Assembly (NCBI GenBank): GCA_963763105.1
Contig: CAVXMT010000006.1
Span: forward strand, 112,351-176,350
DNA length: 64,000 bases
Direction of reading: 5' to 3'
From: an uncultured Candidatus Altimarinota bacterium
GTDB taxonomy: Bacteria > Patescibacteriota > Gracilibacteria > BD1-5 > UBA2023
Below the pieces are notes generated by a model. The model ran no database searches, was not told the origin of the DNA, and saw only the letters and a list, made by a program, of their open reading frames with translations. Of this stretch, positions 60,556 to 64,000 are shown piece by piece. The position numbers were made by a program, and so were the translations under genes. Position 1 is the first letter of the stretch, and every line of letters begins with the position of its first letter.

Positions 60556-60993
60556 TTATTTTTTAGCCATTGGCTTCATGAGTTTTTCTACCTTCATAGA
60601 TACTCCATGATGTCCTATGATCCTTACCTTATCACCTATATTCACTTCATCATCTGATTCGATAAGATAGTCAACTCCATCGAGAGAAATCTTTAGATCT
60701 GTTCCTATTTTTTTCACACTTCGAGTAAGTCCTATATATTGATCCATTCCTTGTGGCGTGTCAGGAGTATGTGATACAAGATACTTCGGAAGGAGAAATG
60801 CAAACACAGCACTCGAAAAGACAAAAATCACCGCATGAAGAATCTGAAATACTGTATCTCCAGAAAAATAAATATAGAAAGCAACTATTCCACTCGCGAG
60901 TGCGATAGAAAGTCAATAAAAAGTAGCCGTCAAAAGTTCAAGAATGATAAATCCAATAGCAAGACCAATCCAGAAGAGAAGAATAGAAGACAT
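60556..60993 (-). CDS. NfeD-family membrane protein
   Basis: TM helices followed by a C-terminal OB-like ..GDKVRIIGHHGVSMKVE.. Lies in an operon with the SPFH gene. Confidence 0.75.
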
Positions 60994-61020
60994 GGATAAA
61001 TAATGGTTAATTGATAATTG

Positions 61021-61374
61021 TTAATTTTTTGATTTGGAAGTCTTTAAAATAACACAGAGTAATTTTATAACTTCTAGAATATCACTCTCAAGAGACTGAT
61101 ATTCCGCTTCTGATATATAATCAGTATCTTTTAATAGCTCAAGCCAATATAATGTTTCATCAGCTTCTTTTTGTGATATACTAAGTTTATGGATAAAATC
61201 AGCATTGCTCTGAGCATTTTGTGCTTCTCGAATATTTGCTCAAATAGAGGTACCACTTCGGATAATTTGTTTTGAAAGAATATATTCTTTCTTATTTTCC
61301 ATAAGAGAGTTTCCAAGACGAACGCTCCGAATGGCAAATGCATAACTTTTTTCTTTAACTGGATTTGGTTTCAT
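61021..61374 (-). CDS. Four-helix-bundle protein (23S rRNA intervening-sequence protein family), second copy
   Basis: ..SYAFAIRSVRLGNSL..ILSKQIIRSGTSIGANIREAQNAQSNADFIHKLSISQKEADETLYWLELL... Confidence 0.8.
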
Positions 61375-61397
61375 AATTTACAATTTGCCATTAACAA

Positions 61398-62276
61398 TTA
61401 AGAATTCTTCCCAAATATCTTCGAAACTCATGCAAGAATATCTGAGTCAAGAATGTATTTTGTATTTTGTCCGAGAGCATTCTCTATGACTTTGAGTTGT
61501 TCCTTTGTGATAGCAGCTCACTTAAAAAATGAAACCGCAGCATTTGCTTCGAGTTCGAGAGCTTTTGCTTTTGCCTCTGCTACTGCGACCATAGCACTTG
61601 CTTCACCTTGAGCTCGGAGAAGTTGGGACTCTTTCGCACCTTCTGACTGGAGAATCTGAGACTGTTTGTCTCCTTCACTCTTGGTAATAAGTGACTGCTT
61701 GTATGCTTCTGCCTCGAGGATGACGGCACGCTTCTCTCGCTCTGCTTTCATCTGCTTACTCATGGCATTCTGTATATCCTCTGGTGGATCGAGACGCTTG
61801 ATCTCGACACGGAGAACCTTGATTCCCCACTTCCCTGTCTCACGATCGAGCGATTCGAGAAGTCGACCATTGATAAGCTCACGATTCGAGAGTGTCTCAT
61901 CGAGACTCATCGTACCGAGTACACTACGGAGATTGGTCTGGGCAAGATTCACGACTGCCATGAAGACATTATTGATATTGTATGTTGACTGCTGTGGATC
62001 CATGATCTGTACATAGATGACACCATCGACTGCCATACCGACATTATCCTTGGTAATAATCTGCTGCTCTGGAACTGTCACGACCTGTTCTCGAACATCG
62101 ATCTTTCTCACAGTCTGTACTCATGGAATGAGAAAAAAGATACCAGGACCGACGGTATCCGTATATTTTCCGAGGAATTCACGAAGTCCGACTTCTCACT
62201 GATTTATCTTTCGAATAAACATCGGAATGAGAACAGCTAGGACCACCAGGAGCGTAATAATTGTTGAGACGTCCAT
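61398..62276 (-). CDS. SPFH/band-7 (stomatin/prohibitin-like) protein
   Basis: N-terminal TM helix followed by ..ITKDNVGMAVDGVIYVQI..NLRSVLGTMSLDETLSNRE..WGIKVLRVEIKRLDPP... Confidence 0.9.
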
Positions 62277-62340
62277 AGAATTGATTTGATAAAAAAATAA
62301 AAACACTATAATCGTATGAATTTCTGACCAAAAAGCAAGC

Positions 62341-63339
62341 ATGCCTACAAATATAGTCGCTATCGGTGGAGGAGCTGGAACATTCAATGTTCTCTATGGG
62401 ATAAAACGGAATCTCGACTACAATATTTCTGCTATTATTTCTGTGGCAGATAATGGTGGTACGACTGGTGCCATCCGTGATAAATATGGAATTCTCCCTC
62501 CTGGAGATATGCGCCGCGCAATCGCTGCTCTCGCAAAAAATACTGATATGGTACGAAAGATGTTCGAATATAGCTTCAAGGATGAGGAATGAGTCATCGG
62601 AAGCAATAAAATCGGAAATATTCTTCTTACAGCTCTCGTCGATATTACTGGAAGCTTCGAAAAATCAGTCGATACACTCTCAGAAATGTTCGATGTACGA
62701 GGTCGTGTCATTCCTGTCACACTTGAAGATGTCCATCTTGCTGTCCGATTCGAAGATGGAACTGAAGTCATCGGTGAGAAAAATATCGATATATCTGATA
62801 AAAATCCTGGGGAACGTACACACAATATCGATCAAGATATCACTGATGCCTGGCTGGTATGAAATAGTGGGAACCTCAATCCCAGGGCTCGTGAGGCAAT
62901 ACTCTCAGCTGACTACATCGTCATTGGTCCTGGAGATCTCTATACAAGTATCGTTCCAAATCTCCTCTCCAAGGGCATGCGTGAAGCTCTGCATGCAAGT
63001 AGTGCAAAGATAATCTATGTCTGCAATGCTATGACGAAACGTGGTGAGACGACAAATATGGAAGTGATTGATTTTATCGATACAATCGAGCGCTACATCG
63101 ATCCTGGAAAGCTCGATTTTGTAATCGTAAATAATGGTATAATCTCAGATGAAGTCGTGACAAAATATAAAGCAGAGGAAAATAAAAAACCACTCAAAAT
63201 CAAAGATATTTCCCTATTTCTGGATAAATCCTACAAAGTCATCGAACGCGATATAGTCAATGATGAAGACTATGTGAGACATCACCCATTCAAGCTTGCA
63301 CAGATACTTGAGGATATTGTAAACGGATGGATAAAATAA
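62341..63339 (+). CDS. YvcK/CofD-family (UPF0052, gluconeogenesis factor-like) protein
   Basis: IVAIGGGAGTFNVLYGIK, ..SVADNGGTTG..PPGDMR.. and ..IGPGDLYTSIVPNLL... Confidence 0.85.
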
Positions 63340-63583
63340 TATTGACTTATACTAAATATACATTATTATGATTATATATAAATGAATATCTACGATATTT
63401 CCATTAGCCTACGATATTCTTGTTAAGTCTCTTCGAGTTAAAAACAACGAAGACTTATGTCGATTAGATATTAATCCAAGTGTATTTGGGAAAATTAAAA
63501 CAGTAAACCCTGACGGTCTTGCAGGATACTTTTGAACAAAGAGGACTTGAATATGTCCAACTGGTCTGTGTATGTAAGGCTAT

Positions 63584-63910
63584 ATGAATAATTACTGGAG
63601 AGGATCCTATATTGAAGATGTCATACTTTATGAATGATCTCATGTTTGGAGTAGATGCATGGTTTACTATATGAGGTCGTCGGATTGCGTGGATGTAACA
63701 TGAATAGGTTCCATGGCAGGGAAATCAATCCAGCATGATAGCTATGTAGCCCAAGAAAACTATGTATCTACTACTTATTGAAGATGAAGAAGTTGATATA
63801 TGAGCGATAGAATATGACGAATTATCATTGCGATGCCTCCAAAGATTACAGATTTGCTCAAGGAATATCATCTGACAAGACTGAATCAGTTAGACAATCA
63901 TACCACATCT
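63584..63910 (+). CDS. Low-confidence ORF (108 aa with TGA as Gly) in an otherwise stop-rich terminal region
   Basis: The only frame open for more than 100 codons here. It is preceded in the same frame by a 69-aa ORF (63368-63577, one TAA apart) and overlapped by ORF 63814-63999. Confidence 0.2.
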
Positions 63911-64000
63911 TAGAAAATCATGACAGAGTCTTGTATTACGTGAGTTTTAAAGAAGCTGAATCAACTCCTGTAAATCAAACTAATCCCTCACCACAATAGA

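Overview
This 64 kb window is low-GC (not computed; looks mid-30s % by eye), gene-dense bacterial DNA. It only makes sense when TGA is read as glycine (translation table 25, Gracilibacteria / Absconditabacteria-SR1, Candidate Phyla Radiation). The standard-code ORF track breaks nearly every conserved gene at TGA. Those TGAs sit on invariant Gly positions: GroEL NDAAGDGTT, RecR LPGIG, FtsE LSGGE, MurI FDSGLGG, PBP PGSSFKP, AhcY GYGDVGKG, UvrD AGPGSGKT. Every gene I rebuilt ends in TAA or TAG.

Re-joining the fragments gives about 60 CDS:
- Glycosyltransferases.
- An F-type ATPase operon atpB-E-F-H-A-G with no atpD/atpC.
- Housekeeping genes: dnaN, pheS, rplA, recR, rsmH plus an FtsL-like gene, murI, murA, clpC, ahcY, rpsO, and hrcA in an SPFH/NfeD operon.
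- An envelope block: LCP, a 1063-aa PBP1A, ftsE, a MOP flippase and a 1113-aa polytopic protein.
- groES-groEL with a CIRCE-like operator.
- An IS1595-family element with inverted repeats and a 7-bp target duplication.
- A UvrD-RecB-type helicase-nuclease.

No rRNA, tRNA or CRISPR array was recognised.

Most interesting items:
- The recoding itself.
- A cNMP-binding protein followed by an orphan protein with a HEPN-like Rx4H motif.
- A 557-aa protein with a divergent RelA/SpoT-type nucleotidyltransferase core.
- +1 frameshifts in murD and secD.
- A coding-like antisense ORF inside the groES-groEL spacer.

All coordinates come from manual translation. Start codons are less certain than stops.
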